Under the pieces are notes generated by a model that saw only the letters and a list, made by a program, of their open reading frames with translations, was not told the origin of the DNA and made no database searches. A stretch of 64,000 nucleotides of DNA from a virus, in IMG/VR virus record IMGVR_UViG_3300035698_022738, positions 32,852-96,851 of that record, one strand, 5' to 3'. The translations under genes were made by a program, and so were the position numbers. Below are positions 28,946 through 39,980 of this stretch, piece by piece. Position 1 is the first letter of the stretch. Each line of letters opens with the position of its first letter.

Positions 28946-29658
28946 AATCGAGACTTAGAATTGATGGAGTTCCTTGCACTGTGTTTGAGGGATTGTTTCA
29001 TACGTGCAAGCTAGACTCGGTTGTTGTTGAAGCCGGACAGATTCTAGTTCCATTTGAAGTTGAAACATCAGAGGGAACCTGTCTGACAGGGGATGCTGGT
29101 GATTGGCTGATACGTGTTGATGGGGAATTGTACCCGTGTACGGACAGCAAGTTTAGAGACGCTTGTGGGGTGGTGGAGAACAAAGAATGGATGTTCAAGA
29201 CATCTATCAAAGGTTATGACATGGGTAAGGGAAGTCAAATGAGTGAACTAACACCCGTATCATTTGTTCAGGATGATGGTGATCACCGATGGCCGCCAAC
29301 ATGTGAAGTTTGCAAAAAAGAGATGGAGTGCGACCATGCTGAAGAATGGAAAGATGGAACTCTGGTCGAGCGTGTACCGTTTGCTACGGGCTATTCTATC
29401 CATGCGTCATCTTTCGACTTGGCAACTTGGCCGGAAGGCCGTCGTATTGATGTAACAGACGAAGGGTGGGAAGAAGGCCCAATCTGCTTCGAGTGCTTTA
29501 AGAAAATGTTGCATGCCCATGAGATGTATAAAGCTCTGGAATGGATAATTAACGTGGAAGGTGGTGCAGGGCTGGCGGGGGGTGAGCCGCAGATAGGTGA
29601 AATGTCGACTGCGATAGATGCTGGCAAGGCCGCTATTGACAAAGTGGGAGTGAGATGA
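28942..29658 (+). CDS. Hypothetical protein (PGDYG-like N-terminus)
   Basis: VETSEG..GDAGDWLI..GELYPC motif. Confidence 0.55.
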   Translation: MKSRLRIDGVPCTVFEGLFHTCKLDSVVVEAGQILVPFEVETSEGTCLTGDAGDWLIRVDGELYPCTDSKFRDACGVVENKEWMFKTSIKGYDMGKGSQMSELTPVSFVQDDGDHRWPPTCEVCKKEMECDHAEEWKDGTLVERVPFATGYSIHASSFDLATWPEGRRIDVTDEGWEEGPICFECFKKMLHAHEMYKALEWIINVEGGAGLAGGEPQIGEMSTAIDAGKAAIDKVGVR

Positions 29659-30202
29659 AAAAAATGAATAGCAGAACGGGAGAGAGTGATGGGTGATTGG
29701 CTGACGTGGTGTAACGTACTTGACAACGAACAGGTTGCGCGGTTGGAGGCAATCGAGGCGCGAGCGAAGGCTGTGGCTGACAACGAAACAGGTATTGCTG
29801 GCGATGCTGAGATACGACTGGAAATCAATGCTCGACCCGACATACCTTGGCTGCTGGAACTGGTCAGCGATTTGGTAGCCAGTATCGAAAGCGAAGTTGA
29901 AAATTCAATGGGGGATGATATCTGATGAGTAATGGAGTAGCAAAGGCAATGATGGAGCGTATTGATCAGCTGGTAGCAGAGCGGGATACACTACTAGCAG
30001 ATGGGCGGACTGTAATTCGTGAGCGCGACAAAGCCTTGGCCGAGTTGGATACCCAGGCTGCCGAGATTGAGCGACTGCGAGGTATCATCAACGAGGCGCA
30101 CGGCCTGTTTAGCACGATTGCATTCGACTGCGAGGATGAGGACGTGTCCGAGCAGGCTGCCAGTTATGCGGTGCACGTAATTGAGCAAATGGAGGCTTCT
30201 CT

Positions 30203-30832
30203 ATGAGTGAATGTCGGGCGGCAATCGTTGGAGCAGATTTGAAGGGTGAGCGGAGTCCACAAGATTTCTACCGGACACCCTCAGAGGCCGTTACGTCTCT
30301 CATGAAGAGAGAGACCTTTCCCGGTCTTGTTTGGGAACCAGCGTGTGGTGACGGGGCAATCAGTGAAGTCCTTTTAGATTACAAGGGGCATGAGTATGTA
30401 CCAAACGGAGGGAAGGGGCCAAAAGACGGGGTATACAGCTCTGACAAGTATGATTGGGGATATGGCGTTCCAGGAGTTGATTTCCTGGGGTCAGTGGATG
30501 CTCTTCCGCTGAATACAGTGGATCATGTGGTGACAAATCCCCCTTACGGTGTGGCAAAAGAATTTGTCCAACGAGCGTTGTATGTGACAACAGGCAAGGT
30601 TGCCATGTTCCTGAAGCTCACTTTCCTGGAGGGCAAGGGGCGTCATGTGTTCCTGGACCATAGTCCTCTGAGATCGGTCTATGTTTTCTCGGGGCGTGTC
30701 AAGGTCTACCGTCATGACATCGAAAATTTAGACTCTAGGCCGACTGGTTATTTTTGTTACGCATGGTTCATTTGGGAGCATGGCTACCGAGGAAAGCCTG
30801 AGATTGACTGGATATATGAGGCAGGGATGTAA
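30203..30832 (+). CDS. DNA adenine methyltransferase (phage type)
   Basis: DFYRTP, WEPACGDG, VTNPPY, YAWFIW. Confidence 0.85.
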   Translation: MSECRAAIVGADLKGERSPQDFYRTPSEAVTSLMKRETFPGLVWEPACGDGAISEVLLDYKGHEYVPNGGKGPKDGVYSSDKYDWGYGVPGVDFLGSVDALPLNTVDHVVTNPPYGVAKEFVQRALYVTTGKVAMFLKLTFLEGKGRHVFLDHSPLRSVYVFSGRVKVYRHDIENLDSRPTGYFCYAWFIWEHGYRGKPEIDWIYEAGM

Positions 30833-31467
30833 GGCATGAGAAATTTTATCAAGAATTTGTTTTCTCCATCTCGTTGCTACATGTTCTTTTTTTCCTACAC
30901 TTATGATGCAGATGGCTTCTCTGGTCAGGGGTTTGGAAATGATCGGTTTTGGATTCGAGGGAAGATAACACATGAAAAAATAAGGGAGATAGAGAATCTT
31001 TTGAAGTATTCGATTCCGGAAATTGTACTGCCAGAGAACCATGACAATCTCGATTATTTCAATATTGTCTCTCTTGGATGGGAACGTATTTGGGAGTAAA
31101 TGCATGAAACTGAGTGTCTCCATTAACCAGCCGGATGAAAAATATTTGGCAAACGGCGACTTTGCTGATGTTCTCTTTTCAGACATACGTGAAGAATTTC
31201 TCAATACCCTGGAAGAGCATGGGTTTGTGGATTGCGATCTGCCGTGGGAGCTGCTTGAGTTGACTGCTTGGACTGACTATGGAGCAGGCAAGTACCGTGG
31301 AATTATCCGTTGTAGTGATGGGGAATTCAGGGAATTTGAGGCGCAGTATTCCAGTGATTGGTATGAATATTCAAGGGAGTGCGATTTTTGGGCTTCTGTA
31401 GGGGATGTTGCACGTTTTCCGTTCCTATTTCGTTATTATGAGTATGACAAGAAAGGTAGGTTAGTTA

Positions 31468-32091
31468 ATGAGCAAGCATCTTGATGATCAGGAATTGGGT
31501 GAGCACGATGATGATGATGATGAAGTTCTCGAAAATTTAGATGGTGATTTCGACGAAGGGGATGATTTTCTCGAAGACCTGAATGAGTTTGATTTCACGG
31601 TCTCCCAATCCATTGTTACCCTGGGAACCAAGGAATATACTTTCGAGGAGCTTTTTATCATCCACCCCGAGACGATCTCTGAGGCCTTTTCCACACAAGC
31701 CGCCAGACTGGCTTATCTTGGCATGGTACTGGCTCGATCAGAGGCAAGTTGGAATGAGGCCAAGACCGACAAAGAGGCTGTCTATGCTACCCTGGATATT
31801 AGGACCAGGGAATTGTTTGCAGAGACCGGAGAAAAAGTAACAGAGGGAAAAATAAAATCCACTGTGGCCATGGATGGGGCGTACATAGACATCATGCGGA
31901 AAGAGAACGACGCCTTGCTCCAGATGAGAACCCTGAAAGCTCTGGTTGATGCCATGCGCCAGAGAGGGGATATGATGATCTCTCTGGGGGCTACGCTCCG
32001 CCAGGAATGGGATATGACTGACGTATCCATGAAAATTGCGGAAGAGGTCAAGAAGGACATCCGGAGGGTTTACGATGAGTCGAGCGAGTGA
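31468..32091 (+). CDS. UvsY-like recombination mediator candidate
   Basis: Helical protein with KVTEGKIKSTV...LVDAMRQRGDMMISLGATLRQE; near SSB and RecA. Confidence 0.55.
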   Translation: MSKHLDDQELGEHDDDDDEVLENLDGDFDEGDDFLEDLNEFDFTVSQSIVTLGTKEYTFEELFIIHPETISEAFSTQAARLAYLGMVLARSEASWNEAKTDKEAVYATLDIRTRELFAETGEKVTEGKIKSTVAMDGAYIDIMRKENDALLQMRTLKALVDAMRQRGDMMISLGATLRQEWDMTDVSMKIAEEVKKDIRRVYDESSE

Positions 32092-32311
32092 TGAGGAACT
32101 TCAGGCGATAATCGAGTATATCCAAGCCAATTATCCAGGGGTAACTGGTTTGTGCAGACATGCCGATGTTATTGCTCAAATTGTCTATGCCATGTCAGCA
32201 GGTGAGATTCCTGGGAGCGGTGTGAAAATTCTTGAGCTTAGTGTCACTGAAGAGCGGCCAATGGTCGTTAAGGTGCAACTTGATATCTCAGTTGAACCTA
32301 TGAGGGGCTAG

Positions 32312-33070
32312 ATGACAAAAAAACGACTGACGTATGAGAACCCTGCCAAGTATGGCAGGATCGACCCAAAGAAGTGGCGGAAGTATCCCGATTATTTTAC
32401 ACAAGTTCTCTGGCCTTCTGAGTTGCCCTCACGGCCTGCCCAATATGGGTCAAATGATTTTCATGGTCGTACTCACCCTGAGATAGCTTTTGTATCTTTG
32501 GAGCGTTACACCGAGCGAGCTGAGACTGTTTGGGATGTCTTTGCAGGTTCGGGTACGATTGCAGATGTCTGCAAGGAAATGGGCAATCCGTGTATCTCTA
32601 CCGACATCAATCCAGTTCGGGAAGATATAGTCAAGGTCGATGTACGTTACTGGAAACCGTCTGGGACTGTCCAAATGGCTGTCGTACACCCACCCTATCT
32701 GGACATCGTTAAGTATGGCCCAGAGCCAGGGTTGACCACGGGGGATGTTTTTGATTACACCTGGGACATGGGCCGGGTTCTAAAGAATGTTGACAAAGCA
32801 CTTGATCCTGGCAGAGTTGTCGTTCTGATTGTGGGTCAGGTGTACAATGATAAACAGGTTGTGATGTTGGATGCTCAATTACATCCTCTGCTTCGTTCTA
32901 TGGAATATAGGCTATTGGGTCGAGTTGTGAGGAGCTATGGGGAAACTAAAGGGGGTGAGACAGCCGGAAATCGTAATGAAAATTTGTGGAAGTACCGGAG
33001 ACTGAAAACTGGTTTATGGTCTCTGGCGTTTGAGACAGTTCTGTTTTATCAAAAGCCAAATACCAAATAG
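32312..33070 (+). CDS. DNA methyltransferase
   Basis: FHGR, VWDVFAGSGT, HPPY. Confidence 0.8.
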   Translation: MTKKRLTYENPAKYGRIDPKKWRKYPDYFTQVLWPSELPSRPAQYGSNDFHGRTHPEIAFVSLERYTERAETVWDVFAGSGTIADVCKEMGNPCISTDINPVREDIVKVDVRYWKPSGTVQMAVVHPPYLDIVKYGPEPGLTTGDVFDYTWDMGRVLKNVDKALDPGRVVVLIVGQVYNDKQVVMLDAQLHPLLRSMEYRLLGRVVRSYGETKGGETAGNRNENLWKYRRLKTGLWSLAFETVLFYQKPNTK

Positions 33071-33107
33071 TCGTAGGCCAATACGGGCCAAGACAAGGAA
33101 AGGAATC

Positions 33108-33983
33108 ATGGCAATTAGCAGAGATGAGCAGTTGGAAGCCCTTCGGAAAAAAATGGGGGGCATTGACATGGGGGGTTCCTCTGGTTTTTGGAGACCTCCC
33201 AAAGGTGAACGCTCGACTATCCGTATCCTGCCTCCAGTTGGGGAAATGGATTTCTTTTTCCAAGAGGTCGGGCGTCATTACGGGCTGGCTGATTTTGGGC
33301 CTATCGTGTGCCCGAAGTTCACAACGGGGGGTGAGATGGAATGCCCCATTTGTGAACTGAATAGCAGACTCTGGAAAGGCTCAAAGGCGGACAAGGCTTT
33401 GGCGGGTAAGTTGCGGGTCAGCAAAAGTTTCTGGATGAATATCGTGGTGCGTGACCCTGACGACGAAGAAGGTACTGCGATTTTAGGGGACCCTGCAATT
33501 TACACTCCGGGGACAACGGTCCTGACTGCAATACAGTCCTTGATCAATGATCCTGAATACGGTCTCATCTACGAGATCGAGGAAAAAGAGGGCAAGGACC
33601 TACAAATTGAGCGCATAGGTGACGGGATTGACACCAAATACCATGTCAATCCACGCCGGATGGATTGTGCGCTTCACTCCGATCCTGATGTTGTAGATGA
33701 TCTCCTTGAAAAAGCCAAGGACCTCAGTATTGTCTACCTCACTGACGATTCCGATGAGGATGCTGAGCTGCTTCAGGGCGCGGTGGTTGTGGTCAAGTCA
33801 TATGACAGGATCGTGAGCGAGTACGGGATTGACCCGGCTGCATCCACGGATGAGTTGGAGAGCCTGATGACCAATGATGACGAAGAGGACGAAAAGCCCT
33901 CCCGGACCTCAAGGTCACGACGCTCATCCTCATCTGATGACGTTGGTAGTGACATCAGTCGTAGGCGACGGCGACGTAAGTAG
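33108..33983 (+). CDS. gp32-like single-stranded DNA-binding protein
   Basis: IRILPP, CP...CPIC zinc site, GKDLQIER..TKY, acidic tail. Confidence 0.75.
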   Translation: MAISRDEQLEALRKKMGGIDMGGSSGFWRPPKGERSTIRILPPVGEMDFFFQEVGRHYGLADFGPIVCPKFTTGGEMECPICELNSRLWKGSKADKALAGKLRVSKSFWMNIVVRDPDDEEGTAILGDPAIYTPGTTVLTAIQSLINDPEYGLIYEIEEKEGKDLQIERIGDGIDTKYHVNPRRMDCALHSDPDVVDDLLEKAKDLSIVYLTDDSDEDAELLQGAVVVVKSYDRIVSEYGIDPAASTDELESLMTNDDEEDEKPSRTSRSRRSSSSDDVGSDISRRRRRRK

Positions 33984-34002
33984 AGAACAAAGGGGAAGTT
34001 GC

Positions 34003-34881
34003 ATGTGGTCTTTTACGAGTTCGGGGCAAGCTGATTTGTACAATTGTGATTGCCTGAAAATGCGAGAGTATTTGGCAGACGACTCGGTGTCGCTCACTGT
34101 GACTTCCCCTCCCTACTGGAATGCGATTGACTACGGGCGGTATAGTCCTGACACAGAAGAGGATTACAGGACCCGTAGTGATGAGCCCCGTGATTACTGT
34201 AATTTCTTGAATTTCCTCAAGGGGGTTTTTGCAACTGTTGGTCGTGTCACCAAGAGCGGGGGGTTTGCAGCTGTGGTAGTGGGGACTGTCTTGAGCAATG
34301 GGACCCACTACCCGCTCCCATATAATCTGGTTGCAGCTTTGGATGGGATGGGGGATTGGGAGTTCCATCAGGATATCATCTGGCACAAGTGCACGGCTGG
34401 GGTGAAACGAGCTGGGGTAGCAATTCAGCATCCTTACCCAGGCTACTATTATCCCAACATCATGACTGAGTATATCATGGTGTTCCGGAAAAAGGGGCCA
34501 AAAATTTTTGAGCACCGGAGTGCAGGGGAAAAGTCTCTGTCGGAGTTCCCGGTAGATGATTTGTTCAAGAAGGATACCGCCAACAACGTTTGGCATATTG
34601 CTCCGGTTCCACCAAGGCACTTGGCTCACCCCTGCCCGTTTCCAGAGGAAATTCCATACAGGCTGATCCAGTTGTATTCGTACCCTGATGATCTGATCCT
34701 CGATCCATTTGCTGGGTCTGGACAGACGCTGAAGGTAGCAAATCATTTGGGACGGCGTTCCGTAGGCTTTGAGACGGATTATGAGTTCTATAAGTATGCC
34801 AGCAGCCGACTAAAATCTCCGTCGAAGATCAGGAAACAACAGCTCGTGGTAGGGTTTGACAAGGTGGATTTCGATGCGTGA
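34003..34881 (+). CDS. N4-C/N6-A DNA methyltransferase (beta class)
   Basis: VTSPPY, IIWHK, HPCPFP, LDPFAGSG. Confidence 0.9.
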   Translation: MWSFTSSGQADLYNCDCLKMREYLADDSVSLTVTSPPYWNAIDYGRYSPDTEEDYRTRSDEPRDYCNFLNFLKGVFATVGRVTKSGGFAAVVVGTVLSNGTHYPLPYNLVAALDGMGDWEFHQDIIWHKCTAGVKRAGVAIQHPYPGYYYPNIMTEYIMVFRKKGPKIFEHRSAGEKSLSEFPVDDLFKKDTANNVWHIAPVPPRHLAHPCPFPEEIPYRLIQLYSYPDDLILDPFAGSGQTLKVANHLGRRSVGFETDYEFYKYASSRLKSPSKIRKQQLVVGFDKVDFDA

Positions 34882-35125
34882 GTTCCTAAAGGCAATTTTT
34901 ATTGTGGGTTGTGCGATTGTCGTTGGACTCACGACCTGGGCAATCATTTTTATCCTAATTTTTGGAAGTCCGTGCCTTTGACGGCCTCCCTAAGGCCTCA
35001 TTTATGCCCTCTGTGACGTTTTATATCATGAGGGTAGGAACGGGTCTTAGAAAGGCTTCTAGGGGCCTTAGAACGGAAGGTAGCATTCATCCAGTGCATA
35101 AGTACCTGTTTTTGGGGTAGTAGTG

Positions 35126-35244
35126 CCGGGAAGATGCTGCTCGATAGCAGGGGGCTGTGACTGTCGATCCTGCGGTTGCAGTCCCCCTGCATACGGGGTT
35201 TACGCTGATGAGCGGTCAAGCCATCAGCTATACCTATCGCCCGG
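35126..35244 (+). ncRNA. Candidate multi-stem ncRNA
   Basis: ccggg/cccgg and cgatag/ctatcg close a long gcagggggctgtgactg/cggttgcagtccccctgc stem and a gctgatg/catcagc hairpin. Confidence 0.45.
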
Positions 35245-35885
35245 ATGCGGTACAATTGAATAGTTTGGTAGACAACAAGTGATTTGGCGTTCCTGTGTCA
35301 GTTCCCAGGCCCCCTGATCCGGCAGGGGGCGAAGGAAAAAATGAAAAAGCGCACGGTGTCATTTATCATCCAGGGATGTCTGGCGATTGATTTGGTCTTA
35401 CTGCTTGTTATTGTTGTATTGGGAAGCCCAGTTGCTGTTGTGACATCGGTAATTATTTTTCTTGCTTTACTTCTGGCCTATGCTTTGTACCTCAATTTGC
35501 CCGTCTCCCCTCTGTGATGCCCATTTGGGTGACATGCTCAAACTGAGGGGGTGACTCTAAGACATCCTCTCGGACAGCACAAAAGTTAGATTTGGGGGTA
35601 GTTAAGGTAGTCAGGGTAGTTGGGTAGAGCTTGACTCAGGTGGGTGTCACAGAGGAGAGAAAAAATGAAGGTCAGGGTATCTGTTGGAGCAACACTCAAG
35701 GTTGGGGATGATTATGTGAAAGCGGTTGTCGATATTGAAGATGAGGTGGATGCCGGGGAATTTAGTATGGTCGCTGAAAGGCTTGACCAGGTCAGAGAGC
35801 ACTCTGATACACTGGCTAAGGTTGCAGAGAATGCTCTCGTTGAACGTTTGAACGAGGTCATCGAGATAGTGGAAGGTGAAATAGG

Positions 35886-36998
35886 ATGACAGAGAAAAAT
35901 GTGATTGGTGAGATAGCCAAGGACCTGATCCCAAAGGATGGGAGCTTTCAGGTTGCTACCCTGGCAGATGATGATTTGCGGTGTCAGGTGAACAGTTGGA
36001 TACCATCCGGCTGCTTGCCTGTCGATCTCGCTTTGAGTCTGGGATATGGGTGGCCTGTTGGCAGGCTTGTCGAAGTCTATGGGGAAAACTCCACTGGAAA
36101 GACCCTGTTGGCTGTAGAGGCGATTGTAGCAGCTCAGGCGATGGGAGCCTTGTGCGTCTTGGCAGATGTAGAGACGGCTATCTCAAAGCCGTTGTTGGAA
36201 ACGTTGGGGGTGGATAGTGATAAATTGATCTATTTCAATCCGTCCACAATTGCTGATGTCTTCTCCGTGCTTGGAAAGACCATGAAATCCAAGGAAAAAC
36301 GTATGAGTCGAGAGACACCCATGCTTTTTGTTTGGGATTCAGTTGCTTCTAGCACCACAGAAGAGGAGATTTCGACACTGGAAGAAAATCTGGAAAAGCG
36401 TTATTTCTCTCCGGCAGCCCGTCAAATATCGGCAGCTTTTCGGGGGGGATTGTGCGGAGAATTTGCTCATCACAATGTTTGCGCCATGTTCATAAACCAG
36501 ACCAGAACCAACGTTGGTGTGATGTTTGGGGACAAGGTTGTGACTTTTGGGGGCAAGGCCATTGGGTTCTATTCTACAATGAGGGTTGAACTTAACTCGA
36601 AGGGTTTGATCAAGGATACCAAGCGCAAGTTGAATAAGACTGTCGGGGTTAATCTGTCGATGACGGTCAAGAAAAACAAGGTTGCACCCCCATACCAGAC
36701 TGCCAAGTTTCCTGTGTATTTCGGGGAAGGAATTGACAACGCTGAGGCAATTTTTGATTTGGCGTCTGTTTTGGGGGTTATCCGGACATCTGGCAGCTTC
36801 CGGAAGATTGATCTGGCAGGGGAAGAGAAAACGTTTCGGACATCGGAGTGGTCAAGCATCTACGATGAAAATTGGGAAGAGATCGACAGCCTTGTGACGG
36901 AAACCTATTTGAATCAAGAGGTAGGAAATTCCTCAGTTGAATCTATGAAAAGAGAGGATGAAAATAATGGCGAAGAAGAAGGTAGTGAGTCCGACTGA
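35886..36998 (+). CDS. recA: RecA/UvsX recombinase
   Basis: GWPVGRLVEVYGENSTGKT, VWDSVA, FINQTR, GGKAIGFY, KNKVAPP. Confidence 0.95.
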   Translation: MTEKNVIGEIAKDLIPKDGSFQVATLADDDLRCQVNSWIPSGCLPVDLALSLGYGWPVGRLVEVYGENSTGKTLLAVEAIVAAQAMGALCVLADVETAISKPLLETLGVDSDKLIYFNPSTIADVFSVLGKTMKSKEKRMSRETPMLFVWDSVASSTTEEEISTLEENLEKRYFSPAARQISAAFRGGLCGEFAHHNVCAMFINQTRTNVGVMFGDKVVTFGGKAIGFYSTMRVELNSKGLIKDTKRKLNKTVGVNLSMTVKKNKVAPPYQTAKFPVYFGEGIDNAEAIFDLASVLGVIRTSGSFRKIDLAGEEKTFRTSEWSSIYDENWEEIDSLVTETYLNQEVGNSSVESMKREDENNGEEEGSESD

Positions 36999-38429
36999 AG
37001 AAGAGAATAGAATCAGAAACACACAAGAGGCCAGGATAGATAATGCAGTCTGGTGTGCCAGGGCAATCCTTCAGGGCCGTCCGGCGGAGTATACGTTGGA
37101 GCAAGCTGCCCATGATATTATGTTCCTGGTCGATGTATTCCAAGAGTTGGAGGTACGGAAGGTTCCGATTGCCGATCAGGTTGTCTCAGGGGGCGTAGCC
37201 CTTACAGCGGAGTTCATGAGTGTCTGAAATCGTAGGGATATATGTTCTGCACATGAATCGAGATGGCATTGATTCACAGGCACCTGGGGGGCGGGTGGAT
37301 AATCATTCAATCTACTACCCATCTTTTCGGAAAGCAGAGAGTCGACTTAGCTCTGTGTTTGGGGACAAGCACGACTTTGCGTTGTTGAACCAGCCTGAGA
37401 TTGGTTGGCTTCCGGATGAGGCTGATATTGATGTTCTGGTTATCCCAGATACTGCCAGTTGGCAAGACATCAAGTTTGGTCAGATGTGGCAACAAACTCA
37501 TCCTGATACCCTTGTGATGTTTAATGGGAGAGGGTGGGGGATTGATGGCAGATAGTCTTGATGCTGTGGAGCTAGCCAGACTGATTAAGGAAATGAAAGA
37601 CACCAGGACCCCGACATTTGGGCGTCAGACAATTGTGGGGGTCCCTATTGCGAGTCATCTGAAGGTTATTAAAGAGAGAGACGAAGCTCGGAAGTTGGCG
37701 GCTTATTTCTACAGCGCGTTGGAAGAGATCGAGAATGTGACCCCAGGCGCGTGTCCCGGTCCTGGGGTGGATGAGGAGTCTTGCTTTGGGGATACTTGGA
37801 ATATCTTAGACCGAGTTTTGGGGAGAAAAAGCGACGTTGGGGAGATATGACTGAACAGGGCAACAATTTGATTGGGGGGCCTTCAGAGGGGTCTATCTTT
37901 ATGGGATACACAGACAGTGCAAACACCTCGGATGGTAGTATTGGCCGTGAGGTTGGGATGCAGCGCAGACTGGATGAGACACGTGCGTTGGCGTCTCGGT
38001 TTTACCGTGACCGCAAAGATGCCCGACATCTGGCGTTTAGATTGTCCAGGGAGTGTGATAGGTTACGCTTCCAGTTAGAGCTGGCTACTTGGACCGACCC
38101 GATGGACGCTCCGCAATTCTGCGCTCGCTGTGGCTTACTGAAGGACATTGTGCGGCCCGGCAAGTGGCAATGCCCAGAGTGTGACTAAGCTCGCTTGAAA
38201 AGGCAATGGAAGGGAGAGTCGAAGAGGGTATGATGGAAAATGTATTTGTACTTATGCACATTGTCTTTGATGACATCAAAGTGTTGGGGGTGTACACCAC
38301 CAAGGACAAGTTGGCGGAGGCAAAGAGCGAGTATGCAAAGGTCAATGGGGATCGTAATGCCTATACGACTCTTGTCGTTATTGAACGCCAAGTTGATGAT
38401 ATGGAATTGGCGCGGCAGGATTACTGCTG

Positions 38430-39980
38430 ATGACTGATGTGACGTTGTACCATGGAGACTGCGGTGAATATCAGCAACCACAAGGCCGTTGGCCCGCCAA
38501 CCTGATACTGGAATGTTCTTGTGATTCTGAACAAGGTGAAACTCATTCACCAGATTGTGTATGTGGTATGCTGGACGCGCAAACAGGTGAGTTGAAGACC
38601 GGAGATGTAAAACCACACAAAAATGCCGGAAGTTGGAAACAGGGAAGTGAATTCATAACTGGAAGTCATAAAGGTGACACCGGCGGCGCGTCACGATTCT
38701 TTTATTGTGCAAAGGCGTCAAAAGCTGAGCGAAATGCGGGCCTGGATGATAATGTCAACGGGCATCCGACCATTAAGCCGCTAAAACTTATGGAATACCT
38801 TTGCAGACTAACAGCCCCCCCGACTGGGGGAGTTGTGCTTGACCCATTCATGGGGTCGGGGTCAACGGGTATCGCAGCCGTGAATGAGGGTCGAGATTTT
38901 ATTGGTATTGAAATCGACCGCGACTACTTCGAGATTGCCAAAAAAAGAGTTGCTACGGTTGCACCGGAAATAAAAACTCCAAACTTGCAGGTAACTGAAA
39001 TGACAGAAAAAATCCTGGTGGTAGATGGTGGAAATTTGGGACACCAGAGCAAGCATGCCTATTCTGATGTGCAGTTCAAGGGCATGTCTACTTCTGTGCT
39101 GTTTGGGTTCATGAAAATCTTGATGGGTCTGATACGGAAACATAATCCTACCTCTGTTATCGTATGTTGGGATGGTGGGGTTCCGTCTGAGCGTCGGAGG
39201 CTGATGCCTCAGTACAAAGCCAATCGAGATCATGGAGACGAAGAGGAGTATAAGAGTTTCCTGTCTCAGGTGGATATCCTGCACCGTGTTCTCCCAGAGA
39301 GATTTGGGATTACTTCTGTCAGGCGAGCTGGGATCGAGGCAGATGATCTTATGGCGGCCTGCTGCGATCTGCTGGATGTAGAGACCATCCTGGTCACAGC
39401 TGACAAGGACCTCTACCAGCTGATAAACACTCAAGTCTCCCTTTACGATCCTCGTAAACGAGCCCTCATTACGCTCCAAAACTTTGAGAAGGCAAGCGAC
39501 GGAGTCGGAGCTCTCAGTTGGCTCTCGTATAAGGCTATGATAGGCGATCCCTCAGATAATATTCCAGGGGTTGCCGGTGTGGGTCCGGTCACTGCCAAGA
39601 AAATACTCAAAGAAGCGGGTCCTGACCTGGGCTTGATTATTAAACGGGCAAAAGAGGGGGAGCTCACAGTGAACAAACGTGTCATAGAATCTCTCCGAGA
39701 GTTCGACTCACAAAAGGAAAATACACTGGCTGCTATTTCTCTCTCATCTGATATCTCAGGGGCTCGGATGGCTTTGTTGTCTAGCTTGAGGCAAGGGACA
39801 GGGTTTGATCTGACTGAGTCCCAGAAGTTTTTTAGGGGATATGGTATAATCTCCTTGTCAGGGGAAGACATCAGCGGGGCCTTTTCTTCTCTGGTTGATC
39901 CTGCACGTTTTCAGTCTGAGTCACGTTTGGAGGCTGTCAGGGTCCCGGCAATACCTCCGGAAAGGAGACCTGTGCTTTGA
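38430..39980 (+). CDS. In-frame fusion: truncated DNA methyltransferase fragment + 5'-3' exonuclease (FEN/PolI-N type; own start at 39000)
   Basis: HPTIKP and LDPFMGSG but no xPPY motif; then VVDGGN, WDGG..R..YKANR, EADD, DKD, GDPSDNIPGVAGVG. Confidence 0.85.
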   Translation: MTDVTLYHGDCGEYQQPQGRWPANLILECSCDSEQGETHSPDCVCGMLDAQTGELKTGDVKPHKNAGSWKQGSEFITGSHKGDTGGASRFFYCAKASKAERNAGLDDNVNGHPTIKPLKLMEYLCRLTAPPTGGVVLDPFMGSGSTGIAAVNEGRDFIGIEIDRDYFEIAKKRVATVAPEIKTPNLQVTEMTEKILVVDGGNLGHQSKHAYSDVQFKGMSTSVLFGFMKILMGLIRKHNPTSVIVCWDGGVPSERRRLMPQYKANRDHGDEEEYKSFLSQVDILHRVLPERFGITSVRRAGIEADDLMAACCDLLDVETILVTADKDLYQLINTQVSLYDPRKRALITLQNFEKASDGVGALSWLSYKAMIGDPSDNIPGVAGVGPVTAKKILKEAGPDLGLIIKRAKEGELTVNKRVIESLREFDSQKENTLAAISLSSDISGARMALLSSLRQGTGFDLTESQKFFRGYGIISLSGEDISGAFSSLVDPARFQSESRLEAVRVPAIPPERRPVL

